64,000 bases of DNA from assembly GCA_002787035.1 (NCBI GenBank), contig PCVP01000034.1, positions 15,902 through 79,901 of the forward strand. The letters run 5' to 3'. How positions within the stretch are numbered: the stretch's first letter is position 1; the number at the start of each line of letters is the position of its first letter. Source of the stretch: Candidatus Peregrinibacteria bacterium CG11_big_fil_rev_8_21_14_0_20_49_14 (lineage in GTDB: Bacteria > Patescibacteriota > Gracilibacteria > Peribacterales > Peribacteraceae). Position numbers and translations under genes: made by a program. Shown piece after piece: positions 28,993 to 38,184 of the stretch. Below the pieces are notes generated by a model, which did no database searches, was not told the origin of the DNA, and was given only the letters and a program-made list of their open reading frames with translations.

Positions 28993-30786
28993 ATGCACGG
29001 ATCTCTTCACCCAAAAAGCATCGTCATACTCGACTACGGTGGTCAGTATGCGCACCTTATTGCCAGTCGCGTACGTCGTTTCGGGGTGTTTACCGACATT
29101 CGCGAGCCCGAGACTCCCATAGAGGATTTGCGGGGTGCCGCAGGTATTATCCTTTCAGGTGGGCCCCAAAGTGTGTACGACAAAGGCAGTCCGCAGGCAG
29201 ACCCGAAGATTTTTGAGCTTGGTATTCCTGTGCTTGGTATTTGTTACGGTCTGCATTGGATGACGCAAACACTTGGGGGAGAGGTGAGTCAGGGAAAAGT
29301 AAAAGAGTACGGACGCACTGCCATTCGTACGGTGGAAGGCGGAGGCACTCTCCTGCAGGATTGCGGAGCAGGTTGCACCGTGTGGATGTCGCACGGAGAT
29401 GAGGCGGTGAGATTGCCGGAAGGCTTTACGCAAATTGCGACATCCGATGCGTGTGAGAATGCCGCATTCGCAGATGAAAAACGCAACTTCTTTGCCATTC
29501 AGTTTCACCCCGAAGTCACCCACTCCGAACACGGGCAAGATATACTCCGTCGATTTACGGAGCGGTGCGATGCCGCGCCATGGTCCGTAGAAAGTTACGC
29601 AAAAGAAATTTCCGAACAGATTCTTACCGAGGTGGGAGACCGCAAGGTATTCATGCTGGTGTCTGGAGGAGTGGATTCCAGTGTGGCATTCACGCTGCTC
29701 AACCAGGTTCTTGGAACAGAAAGGGTACAGGGTCTTTTGGTAGATACCGGTCTCATGCGCAAGGACGAAGTACTTCTCATAGAGAAAGCGTTCGCCAAGC
29801 TCGGCATTACAAATCTGCGTATAGAAAATGCATCGGAGGAATTTTTTGCCAACCTGCGGGAGGTGTATGATCCGGAAGAAAAAAGGAGAATCATAGGAGA
29901 CACGTTTTTGAGTGTGCAAAAAAGAGTGAGTGAAGAAATGGGACTCTCCATGCAAGACGGTTGGATGCTCGGACAGGGAACCATTTACCCCGATACCATA
30001 GAGACGGGAGCCACCAAGCATGCCGATAAAATTAAAACGCACCACAACAGAGTGGAGGCGGTGCAAAAAATGATAGAAGCGGGGTTGGTACTGGAGCCTC
30101 TGAAAGATTTATACAAAGATGAAGTGCGTGCACTCGGCGAAGAGCTGGGATTGCCGCATGAGTTTGTGTGGCGGCATCCGTTCCCCGGCCCGGGTTTGGG
30201 CGTGCGTATTCTGTGTGGTAAGGAGGCTTCGTTGCCCGAAGGGGATTACGAGATACACGTTGATCATGCTGCTTTCCCCATTCGTTCCGTGGGGGTGCAA
30301 GGAGATGGCAGAAGCTATCGTCATGCGGTTGCACTGTTTCGTACGCAGCCGACAAAGGTCACGGAAGACATGTTGGAACTTGCGACAAAAATTCCGAATG
30401 CGACACAGTTGTATAATCGCGTTCTCCTCTGTACGTCACATGCCGCTGCCATGCCCTTTGTATTCAACGCGGGATACATAACCAAAGAGCGTGCGGATCT
30501 TCTGCGCGAGGCGGATGCCATAGCCGACGATGAAATGAAAAAAGCGGGATTGTACGAAACAATATGGCAGTTCCCCGTCGTACTTCTGCCATTCGGAACC
30601 ACGCAGGGAGGGGAGTCTGTCGTGTTGCGACCGATAGAATCCATCGATGCCATGTCTGCCAATGCCGTGGCTCTGCCCTCCGAAGTACTGCAAAAAATGA
30701 CGGAGCGCATCATGAATTTGGACGGCATAGATCTTGTCTTCCTCGACCTCACAAACAAGCCGCCGGGCACCATTGAGTGGGAATGA
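28993..30786 (+). CDS. guaA: glutamine-hydrolysing GMP synthase
   Basis: ILDYGGQY, GICYG, QFHPE, SGGVDS, IKTHHN and KPPGTIEWE motifs. Confidence 0.97.
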   Translation: MHGSLHPKSIVILDYGGQYAHLIASRVRRFGVFTDIREPETPIEDLRGAAGIILSGGPQSVYDKGSPQADPKIFELGIPVLGICYGLHWMTQTLGGEVSQGKVKEYGRTAIRTVEGGGTLLQDCGAGCTVWMSHGDEAVRLPEGFTQIATSDACENAAFADEKRNFFAIQFHPEVTHSEHGQDILRRFTERCDAAPWSVESYAKEISEQILTEVGDRKVFMLVSGGVDSSVAFTLLNQVLGTERVQGLLVDTGLMRKDEVLLIEKAFAKLGITNLRIENASEEFFANLREVYDPEEKRRIIGDTFLSVQKRVSEEMGLSMQDGWMLGQGTIYPDTIETGATKHADKIKTHHNRVEAVQKMIEAGLVLEPLKDLYKDEVRALGEELGLPHEFVWRHPFPGPGLGVRILCGKEASLPEGDYEIHVDHAAFPIRSVGVQGDGRSYRHAVALFRTQPTKVTEDMLELATKIPNATQLYNRVLLCTSHAAAMPFVFNAGYITKERADLLREADAIADDEMKKAGLYETIWQFPVVLLPFGTTQGGESVVLRPIESIDAMSANAVALPSEVLQKMTERIMNLDGIDLVFLDLTNKPPGTIEWE

Positions 30787-30812
30787 TTTTTAGCTTCTCA
30801 GAGCGAAAAAGA

Positions 30813-30837
30813 GTAACAAATCGCTGTATTTTCCGTT
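30813..30837 (+). promoter_or_regulatory. putative ECF promoter (GTAAC-N16-CGTT) upstream of the sigma gene
   Basis: The same motif and spacing recur at 31437-31461 and match the generic ECF AAC/CGT consensus. Confidence 0.55.
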
Positions 30838-30870
30838 TGAACGGGTATACTTGGAGTCTCCAAATTTCAC

Positions 30871-31440
30871 ATGCCAAAGCACCCTCTCGAGGAGGCCGAT
30901 ATTCAAGACCTGGTATCCAAAGCCCAGGAGGGTGATACAGATGCTTTCGGACATCTCTACGATCACTATTTCGATGCCGTATACCGCTTTACCGCCTTTC
31001 GTGTTCCTGCGGAAGTGGCGGAAGATCTTACGGCGGATATCTTCGTAAAAGCGTGGGAAAAACTGCATACCTACAAGCTGCAAAAAAATATTCCGTTCGG
31101 AGCGTGGATTTTCCGTATTGCCAGGCACACACTCATAGATTCATACCGTGCGAAGCAGGAAACGCAGGAGGTGCCCGAAGATATGGAAGATCTCGACGTG
31201 TTTAACCGTGCCGAAACACGAGTGAAGCGCAATCACCTGCTTACAATGGTCCGCGGAGCCATGGATGAGCTTCCGAAGCGATACCAGGAAGTCCTGCAAC
31301 TGGCATACGTCGCCGAACTGCCAAATGACGAGGTTGCAAGAGTGCTGAAAATGCGAAGCGGAGCGGCTCGTACACTCAAATTTCGCGCATTACGCAAGCT
31401 CGAGGAAAATCTTCCACCCGAATGTCGGGAAAATATGTAA
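30871..31440 (+). CDS. ECF RNA polymerase sigma-70 factor
   Basis: AEDLTADIFVKAW, FGAWIFRIARH (region 2) and a region 4 HTH. Confidence 0.93.
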   Translation: MPKHPLEEADIQDLVSKAQEGDTDAFGHLYDHYFDAVYRFTAFRVPAEVAEDLTADIFVKAWEKLHTYKLQKNIPFGAWIFRIARHTLIDSYRAKQETQEVPEDMEDLDVFNRAETRVKRNHLLTMVRGAMDELPKRYQEVLQLAYVAELPNDEVARVLKMRSGAARTLKFRALRKLEENLPPECRENM

Positions 31441-31461
31441 CAAAAGCCGTATACCCCCGTT
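31437..31461 (+). promoter_or_regulatory. second putative ECF promoter, upstream of the anti-sigma gene
   Basis: GTAAC-N16-CGTT, overlapping the sigma stop codon. Confidence 0.5.
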
Positions 31462-31476
31462 TTGTACAGTGTACAC

Positions 31477-33402
31477 ATGTCAGAACCATTTCTCTCACAG
31501 CTTCGGGACCAAGCAAAGCCTTCTGCGGCGGTAAAAAACCGCGTGCGTAGCAGGGTGATGCGCAGGATTGCTCCTGCAGAGTCGCTGTTTGCCGACGTGC
31601 GGAAAAACGTGGCTCCCACGACGTCTGTGCGCAACAGAGTGCGAGCCCGCACCATGCGACAAATTCACGCAGGGCATGCGTTGGGCGTTTTGGAGCAGAT
31701 ACGAGATATTGTCACACCGAGTCCCGCACTGCGCTCCAAACTGCACGGTCAAATTTTCATGCGTCTGGAGCCGATTCGAGTGGCATCCCGTTCGTACCGC
31801 CCGTTGAAATGGACGGCATCTTTCGCGTTGTTTGCTCTCGCTATTCGGGTCAGTCCTTTCTTGTTTCTTGCGCCGCCCACCATTGCGGATTCGGCGGTGA
31901 CTCTGCTTCCGACTCGCGGAGAAGTGTCCGTATCCGTCGGAGGACTATGGCAGCCCGTTTCAAATGAAATGACGTTGGAGCCGGGTACGATGCTCCGTAC
32001 GCACGACGGTGAATTGAGTATTCTTTTCCATGATGACGGTGTTATTCGTCTCGGACCCAATACCACGATTTCATTGAACGATACTGCAAAACGTTTCGGA
32101 CCTGATTCCGCCACACTGAACCCGACTCTCACACTCTTTACGGGTGAACTGTGGGTGCAGGGTCTTATGCCCGCATATGTGTCGGGTATTCGGGTGGAAA
32201 CGTCGTACGGTACCGTCGTTGTTAACGAAGGTAGCGTGTCCGTAGCCGAAGATGACACTGTGACTGTTCGCGTCTTCGACCGTCGTGCGAAGGTATTGCA
32301 CGGTAGTCAGGAAATTTCGTTGGTCGCTGGGCAGCGAACCGAACTGTGGGAAGGCAATATTCCGTTGGTAAAAAAGATTGCCGAAACCCAGTACGATGCC
32401 GATTGGCCGAGTCAGAACCTGGCAAGAGACGCCGTGCACCGCAGAGAGATTGCGCAGTTACAGCAGGAGAGACGCGCATCTGTAGCCGGCATATTGCCTA
32501 CTTCCAAGTTGTATCCTGTCAAACGTGTGGCTGAAGCTATGGATGTTCTTCTCACTTTCGATGAAGACGCTCGAATGCAGAAGCGTATTGCCCATGCAAA
32601 CACACGTCTCAATGAAGCGGCAGCTCTTCTTTCCGAAGACCAAGTGACAGATGCAGCAGCGCCGTTGGCAGAGTACACACAAGTGCTTCTGGCAATGGCA
32701 GGCGATTTCGAAACGGGAACATTGCAGTATTTCCTCCTGCAGCAATCGCTTGCGGAGGCTACGTCGGATATGGCTGCCGCGCTGCCCGACGACGAGTTTT
32801 ATCTTTTGAAGAAGGCGGTATTGGAAGCGAGCGTGGCCATAGACGGAGTGGTCAGTGCGGAAGATGTACAGGGAATGCTGATTATGGATACTCTTGCAGC
32901 TCTGATTTATGCGGTGAGTGAGGGTGATGTGGCGAATGTGCAAAAAACATGGATAGAATTGCAGCCACACCTCGCAATGCTGGAACAGGAAGAAATAACA
33001 CTGCAGGAAGATATGCACAAAGAGATCCTTGCGTTGCTCGGCAGATTTGCGGAGGCGGTTCAGAGCAGAGAATCTCAGGTTGCTTCCATAGATCCCGAAC
33101 TTACGGATCAGCTGAAAGCGTACCTTCCCGTAGACCACGCCGAGACAGTCTCTGTGATGTCCGACGAAGAACTGACCATATTGGTACAGGGTATTCGAGA
33201 CCGTATATTCACGTACCATATGACACGTTCCCGCTTAAATCAGTTTGCCGCAGAAGTTCGTGCCATGGAGGGTCACCCCGAACAGGGACGCATTCTGCGT
33301 CGATTGTACGTGGTGTTGCCTGACGGTCCTGAGTTATTCCCGGATCGCATTCGCAAAGAAATCACACGAGTACGATGGCAGAGAGAAGGGGATATGATCT
33401 AA
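31477..33402 (+). CDS. putative anti-sigma factor: N-terminal repeats, TM, FecR-like domain and DUF5667-like helical domain
   Basis: Follows the ECF gene; FHDDGVIRLGPNT...LFTGELW is FecR-like; GILPTSKLYPVKRVAE is DUF5667-like. Confidence 0.65.
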   Translation: MSEPFLSQLRDQAKPSAAVKNRVRSRVMRRIAPAESLFADVRKNVAPTTSVRNRVRARTMRQIHAGHALGVLEQIRDIVTPSPALRSKLHGQIFMRLEPIRVASRSYRPLKWTASFALFALAIRVSPFLFLAPPTIADSAVTLLPTRGEVSVSVGGLWQPVSNEMTLEPGTMLRTHDGELSILFHDDGVIRLGPNTTISLNDTAKRFGPDSATLNPTLTLFTGELWVQGLMPAYVSGIRVETSYGTVVVNEGSVSVAEDDTVTVRVFDRRAKVLHGSQEISLVAGQRTELWEGNIPLVKKIAETQYDADWPSQNLARDAVHRREIAQLQQERRASVAGILPTSKLYPVKRVAEAMDVLLTFDEDARMQKRIAHANTRLNEAAALLSEDQVTDAAAPLAEYTQVLLAMAGDFETGTLQYFLLQQSLAEATSDMAAALPDDEFYLLKKAVLEASVAIDGVVSAEDVQGMLIMDTLAALIYAVSEGDVANVQKTWIELQPHLAMLEQEEITLQEDMHKEILALLGRFAEAVQSRESQVASIDPELTDQLKAYLPVDHAETVSVMSDEELTILVQGIRDRIFTYHMTRSRLNQFAAEVRAMEGHPEQGRILRRLYVVLPDGPELFPDRIRKEITRVRWQREGDMI

Positions 33403-33559
33403 GAGCCTGTTCAAGATCTCAATTCGGTCTGCAAATGACGCATTCCTGTTGCGGCTTGTTGCTCAGCCAAACCATATCTCGATACGTTTTGGCTTCCGCA
33501 GCATTGCCTCACGACGGAATGCGTCATTTTCGCCATCAAAGCAGATCTTGAACAGGCTC
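33403..33559. mobile_element. MITE (157 bp) with 17-bp perfect terminal inverted repeats and a TAA target duplication
   Basis: GAGCCTGTTCAAGATCT (33403-33419) and AGATCTTGAACAGGCTC (33543-33559); TAA at 33400-33402 and 33560-33562; inner inverted repeat AAATGACGCATTCC / GGAATGCGTCATTT. Confidence 0.8.
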
Positions 33560-33611
33560 TAACATAAGGGAAATTCTTGCATACCTTCAGCAGGGTCTGC
33601 ACACTGTAATT

Positions 33612-34172
33612 ATGTACACACTTGCTGAACTAAAGCCCGGCAGAGCGGTGGTCTACGAAGGAGACCCATACCTCATTACGTGGTCGCAGTTTTCCAAACA
33701 GGGACGACAGGGAGGTGTGGCAGCCACGAAAATGAAGAACCTGAAAACGGGTTCTGTGGTGCAGCATACCTTTCAGGGCAGTGACAAACTGGAACCTGCG
33801 GATGTCGGTTTTCGCAAAGTGCAGTACCTGTACGGTGGAGACGGGTCTTTTACGTTCATGGATCTGCAAAGCTACGATCAGTTTGAATTGAACGAAGACA
33901 TCATAGGAGATGCATCCAAATACCTTATGGATGGTATGGAGCTCGACGCCATGATGTTCGAGGAGTTGCCAATCGGGATTCAGCTACCCGCAACGGTGGA
34001 AATGAAGGTGGAGGAAACCGTACCGGGAGTAAAAGGAGATACCGCAACAGGAGGCACCAAGCCTGCCACACTGACGTCCGGTCTTACGGTAAACGTTCCG
34101 CTCTTTATTACGGAAGGAGATATCGTACGCATAAACACAGACTCAGGATTGTATATGGAGCGTGTGTCGTAG
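33612..34172 (+). CDS. efp: elongation factor P
   Basis: KQGRQG loop, PGVKGDTATGGTKPA and VPLFI..GD motifs. Confidence 0.96.
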   Translation: MYTLAELKPGRAVVYEGDPYLITWSQFSKQGRQGGVAATKMKNLKTGSVVQHTFQGSDKLEPADVGFRKVQYLYGGDGSFTFMDLQSYDQFELNEDIIGDASKYLMDGMELDAMMFEELPIGIQLPATVEMKVEETVPGVKGDTATGGTKPATLTSGLTVNVPLFITEGDIVRINTDSGLYMERVS

Positions 34173-34577
34173 TCGTACTTCCGTATAGCAAATAAACTCC
34201 ATCTGCTACAGGATGACACAATCTTGAATATTATTATTCGCCTTTGGTCTGTTACGAATTGGCTTACCTCCGTGACCACAATCATCGATATCGTAAACAA
34301 AGCACACCTCTTCAGGTGCCAACACAGAAATATTGTACCGCTCAGGAACATGAATCTCAGAACAGTCCTCATTCATGTAATACAAGATTGTTTTTTCTGT
34401 TCCTAAAACATACCGATCCAAAAATCCTGTTTTTCCATAAGGAAAGTTGAGTAGCCTCTTCTTTCTTTTGTCTGCCCAACAAAAGAAAGAAGCAAAGAAA
34501 AATGCACCGCCGCCAGCTCCTCTCCGCTTGCCGCAACACCCCTCCGTGGCGGCGGAGCCCCTCCATCATTGAGCGCA

Positions 34578-34661
34578 CTATCCTAGTTTTTTTCTGAGTA
34601 TTTCGTTTACCTTGGCGGGATTTGCCTGCCCTTTGCTCTCTTTCATCACCCAGCCGACTAT
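34578..34661 (-). pseudogene. duplicated gatB 3' end fragment
   Basis: Encodes IVGWVMKESKGQANPAKVNEILRKKLG*; 34616-34661 is identical to 34794-34839 (46 bp). Confidence 0.8.
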
Positions 34662-34758
34662 TTTCATGAGGGGCAAACCTACGGTTTTCCCCTCATGGAC
34701 ACCCCTTTCCCATTTAGCAGAGTCGCTCCAGGGCGGCAAAGCCGCCCTTCGCGAATTA

Positions 34759-36201
34759 TTATAATTTTTCACGCAGTATTCTTTGTACGGTTTCGGGATT
34801 TGCCTGCCCTTTGCTCTCTTTCATCACCCAGCCGACTATGGCCCCAAGCGCGGCTTCTTTACCGCTTCTAAAGGATTCTATGGCTTGAGGGTTGGCATCT
34901 ATTGCCTGCCGTACCAATGCTTCTATGGCGCCGTCGTCAGAGATCTGTTGCATGCCTTCCTGCGCTATGATTTCCGTTGCCGACTTTCCGGTTTGAATCA
35001 TCTTTTCCATCACATCTTTTGCCGCGTTTCCTGAAATGGTGCCGTCGTCTATCTTCGTGATCAGTTCCAGCATACCTGCCGCATTCGGCCCTTCTTCTAT
35101 CGATTTCTCCTGCGTTTTTAAGAAACCGAGCAGTTGTGTGAGTACAAGGCCGGATGTTCTTTTGCCATCTCCCGTTTTTTCGTAGACGGCATCGAATATC
35201 CGCTGCAGGTCGGGCTGGTCTATAAGCTGCATTGCCTGTGCTTCGTCCAGTCCCATGTCCGTGTACTGTGCTTTGCGCTCCTGCGGGAGCGGTGGCAGTT
35301 GCTTTCGCAATTCTTCGATATCCTTTTTCGTAAACTTCAACGGCGGAATATCGGGCTCGGGGAAGTAGCGGTAGTCATCTGCCGATTCTTTGTTTCGCAG
35401 CATTCTTGTTTTCTCTTCGTCATCTTGCCACCCCACGGTGATGTCGTTTGGCAGCGGACCTCCGCTTTTCTTCCACTCGTTGCGCAGGCGCTTCTCTTCG
35501 TACTTCAGCGCTTTTTCAAGTGCTTTAAACGAGTTCAGGTTCTTTATTTCACTGCGGGGGTTCAGTTTTTTCGTACCCTTTTCTCGCAGCGAAATGGAGG
35601 CATCGAATCGCATCATTCCCTTAAACATGTCTGCGTCCGAAGAGCCTATGGCTATGAGAATCCTACGAAGCTCCTGAGCAAACGCCACTGCTTCATCCGC
35701 ACTGCGCAGATCCGGTTCCGTCACAATTTCCATAAGAGGAGTCCCTGCCCGGTTGTAGTCACACAGTGTTGTGGCTCCGCGATGCGTCAGCTTTCCTGCG
35801 TCGTTTTCCATGTGCAGACGCGTAATGCCACATGTACCGTCTCTCAGTTTTTTACCGCTGTCATCGGATATCACATACGACACGGATCCGCCGCTGCTCA
35901 GCGGAAAGTCGTACTGAGATATTTGAAATCCCATCGGAAGATCCGGATAAAAGTAATGCTTTCTGTCGAAATGATTCTCCTCGTTCACCGTTCCTTTCAG
36001 TGCGAGCGAAGTAAGAATTGCTTTTGTCACTGCCGACGCATTGGGAACGGGAAGTGTGCCGGGGTGTCCCATACATATGGGACATATCGTCGTATTCGGC
36101 GCTTTGCCGAATGCATCGTTGTCGCATCCGCAGAACATTTTTGTATCGGTGCTCATTTGCGCATGCACCTCAAGCCCGATGATTGTTTCCAGTTCTGCCA
36201 C
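34759..36201 (-). CDS. gatB: Asp-tRNA(Asn)/Glu-tRNA(Gln) amidotransferase subunit B
   Basis: IGLEVH, YFYPDLP, HMENDAGK, EIKNLNS and YRYFPEPD motifs. Confidence 0.97.
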   Translation of the reverse strand: MAELETIIGLEVHAQMSTDTKMFCGCDNDAFGKAPNTTICPICMGHPGTLPVPNASAVTKAILTSLALKGTVNEENHFDRKHYFYPDLPMGFQISQYDFPLSSGGSVSYVISDDSGKKLRDGTCGITRLHMENDAGKLTHRGATTLCDYNRAGTPLMEIVTEPDLRSADEAVAFAQELRRILIAIGSSDADMFKGMMRFDASISLREKGTKKLNPRSEIKNLNSFKALEKALKYEEKRLRNEWKKSGGPLPNDITVGWQDDEEKTRMLRNKESADDYRYFPEPDIPPLKFTKKDIEELRKQLPPLPQERKAQYTDMGLDEAQAMQLIDQPDLQRIFDAVYEKTGDGKRTSGLVLTQLLGFLKTQEKSIEEGPNAAGMLELITKIDDGTISGNAAKDVMEKMIQTGKSATEIIAQEGMQQISDDGAIEALVRQAIDANPQAIESFRSGKEAALGAIVGWVMKESKGQANPETVQRILREKL

Positions 36202-36246
36202 AGGAAGATTGTACCTTGCGATTGTGTAAAGACAACGAAGGACGTC

Positions 36247-36729
36247 TTACATTTTTGCGTGCTCTTTGTGCGACGCATCCGGCTTCTGTTGCGGATAGTC
36301 CACTATAAGAATGCCATCCAAATGGTCCAGTTCGTGCTGTACCACGCGTGCATTGAAATTCTCCAGTTTTCTTTCCTGCTCCGTTCCTTTTGCATCGGTG
36401 TATCTGAGAGTAATCCCAACAGGGCGTACTATCGGCAGCCACACTTTCGGAAGGCTGAGGCATCCTTCTTCCATGGAATCCGTTTCCTCACTTCTCCAGA
36501 TTATTTCGGGGTTTATAAGGGGAGTGTATCTTCCGTTGATGAGTGCAATGCACATACGAAGGGACTGCCCTATTTGCGGAGCTGCAATACCCGCACCTTC
36601 CGCATTTCGCACGGTTTCATCCATGTCTTTCAGCAGTCGCAAAATTTCCTTTGTTACCTTCGGGACCGTAGCGGTCTTTTTGCGGAGTACAGGTTCATTT
36701 TCACCGATGACTATGGGTAAAACGGCCAT
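36247..36729 (-). CDS. def: peptide deformylase
   Basis: GAGIAAPQIG, EGCLS and QHELDHLDG motifs. Confidence 0.97.
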   Translation of the reverse strand: MAVLPIVIGENEPVLRKKTATVPKVTKEILRLLKDMDETVRNAEGAGIAAPQIGQSLRMCIALINGRYTPLINPEIIWRSEETDSMEEGCLSLPKVWLPIVRPVGITLRYTDAKGTEQERKLENFNARVVQHELDHLDGILIVDYPQQKPDASHKEHAKM

Positions 36730-36776
36730 GAATATATGGTGGGCTGTGCAGAACGCTAATGCAAGAAATTCTGTGC

Positions 36777-37361
36777 CTATGCCGCGCTCAGCGCTCGCAG
36801 ACCCGCACGTTGTCTCAGTTCTTCCACGGTTTCGATCTTGTTATCTTTCAGCATTTTCAGCAGTACCTGCGCCGTTACAAGTACGTCGGGCAGTGCCCTG
36901 TGTCTTGCTTCGGGCAACGAGATTCCAAGACGGTGAGAGAGCACATCTAAGTTATGACGGAATTCAGTCGGGAAGACGGATTTGCTGAGTCGCATGGTGC
37001 AAAGGCACTCGGGAAGCTCCACGTATCCCCAGCAGTGCTGTTTTTCCACCTCCAGAAAACTCATATCGAACTGTGCATTGTGTGCAACAAGAGTGGAATT
37101 GCCTGCAAACTCCAGAAATCGGGGAAGTACCTGGTCTATGGTCGGAGCACCTGCGACATCCGCATCATCTATTTTATTCACCCGCTTTGCTTCCCATGGA
37201 ATCATCCGTTCCGGATTGACGAGTTCCACAAACGAGTAGTCTTCCATAATGACACCGTTCTCCACCCGCACACCTGCTATTTCAATGATTTTGTCTCCTT
37301 TGGAGGCATCGAGACCTGTGGTCTCTACGTCGAAAATGGTGAAAGTAGGAAGTGCGGACAC
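36777..37361 (-). CDS. DEDDh 3'-5' exonuclease (DNA polymerase III epsilon-like)
   Basis: FDVETTG, VAHNAQFD and HRALPD motifs. Confidence 0.9.
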   Translation of the reverse strand: MSALPTFTIFDVETTGLDASKGDKIIEIAGVRVENGVIMEDYSFVELVNPERMIPWEAKRVNKIDDADVAGAPTIDQVLPRFLEFAGNSTLVAHNAQFDMSFLEVEKQHCWGYVELPECLCTMRLSKSVFPTEFRHNLDVLSHRLGISLPEARHRALPDVLVTAQVLLKMLKDNKIETVEELRQRAGLRALSAA

Positions 37362-37493
37362 CTCTCGACTATACCCCAAAGGCTACCCGCTTCCAGAGCA
37401 GTCTTCTTGACGGAAGGTAGGGAGATTGTTGCTCCTCTGCTTTTGTCCGGTTTGGCGTTCACCCTCCGGTGCATTTTCATTCATACTGTACGT

Positions 37494-38144
37494 ATGGTTT
37501 CTGAAAAGCTCACGGTCGATGTCGTTATCCGAAAGCTTTCTGCGTTGTATCCGAATGCCGATTGCACATTGGATTGGTCCACTCCGCTCGAGCTGTTGGT
37601 TGCCACTATTCTTGCAGCCCAATGCACGGATGCCCGCGTGAATATGGTTACGCCGGCTCTGTTTGCCAAGTATAAAAAACCCGAAGATTACCTTACTGTT
37701 TCGCTCCAAGAACTGGAGCGAGACATTCACTCATGCGGTACGTACCGCATGAAAGCAAAGGCCATACAAGAAACGTGCAGATCCATCGTAGAAAACTACG
37801 GAGGAGAAGTGCCGCGCACCATGAAAGACATGCTTACACTTCGTGGAGTGGGGAGAAAAACGGCATCCATCGTGTTGGGTACCGCGTACGGCATAATAGA
37901 GGGTATTCCCATCGATACGCACAACATCAGACTTCTTCGGCGCATGGGTCTTACAAGGCAAACGGAACAGGGGAAAATAGAGTTGGATATGATGATAAAA
38001 ACTCCACAGGGCGATTGGCTGAAGCTCTCACACCTTATGGTCGCTCATGGTCGCGCAGTCTGCTTCGCACGCAAGCCAAACTGCGCCGATTGCGTGTTTG
38101 CACAGATGTGCCCGAGCTCTATGGTGTTGCGGAAGCAAAAATAG
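37494..38144 (+). CDS. nth: endonuclease III
   Basis: LAAQCTD, LRGVGRKTA HhH motif, IDTH and a C-x6-C-x2-C-x5-C 4Fe-4S motif. Confidence 0.95.
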   Translation: MVSEKLTVDVVIRKLSALYPNADCTLDWSTPLELLVATILAAQCTDARVNMVTPALFAKYKKPEDYLTVSLQELERDIHSCGTYRMKAKAIQETCRSIVENYGGEVPRTMKDMLTLRGVGRKTASIVLGTAYGIIEGIPIDTHNIRLLRRMGLTRQTEQGKIELDMMIKTPQGDWLKLSHLMVAHGRAVCFARKPNCADCVFAQMCPSSMVLRKQK

Positions 38145-38184
38145 GGTATGATGACTTCCGATCCGATTCATTCTCCACTTTCCT

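Noticed and set aside
34206..34421. Short minus-strand ORF downstream of efp
   Set aside because: Several competing short ORFs, none with motifs; insufficient support.
35134..36720. 528-aa plus-strand ORF
   Set aside because: Antisense shadow of gatB and def.
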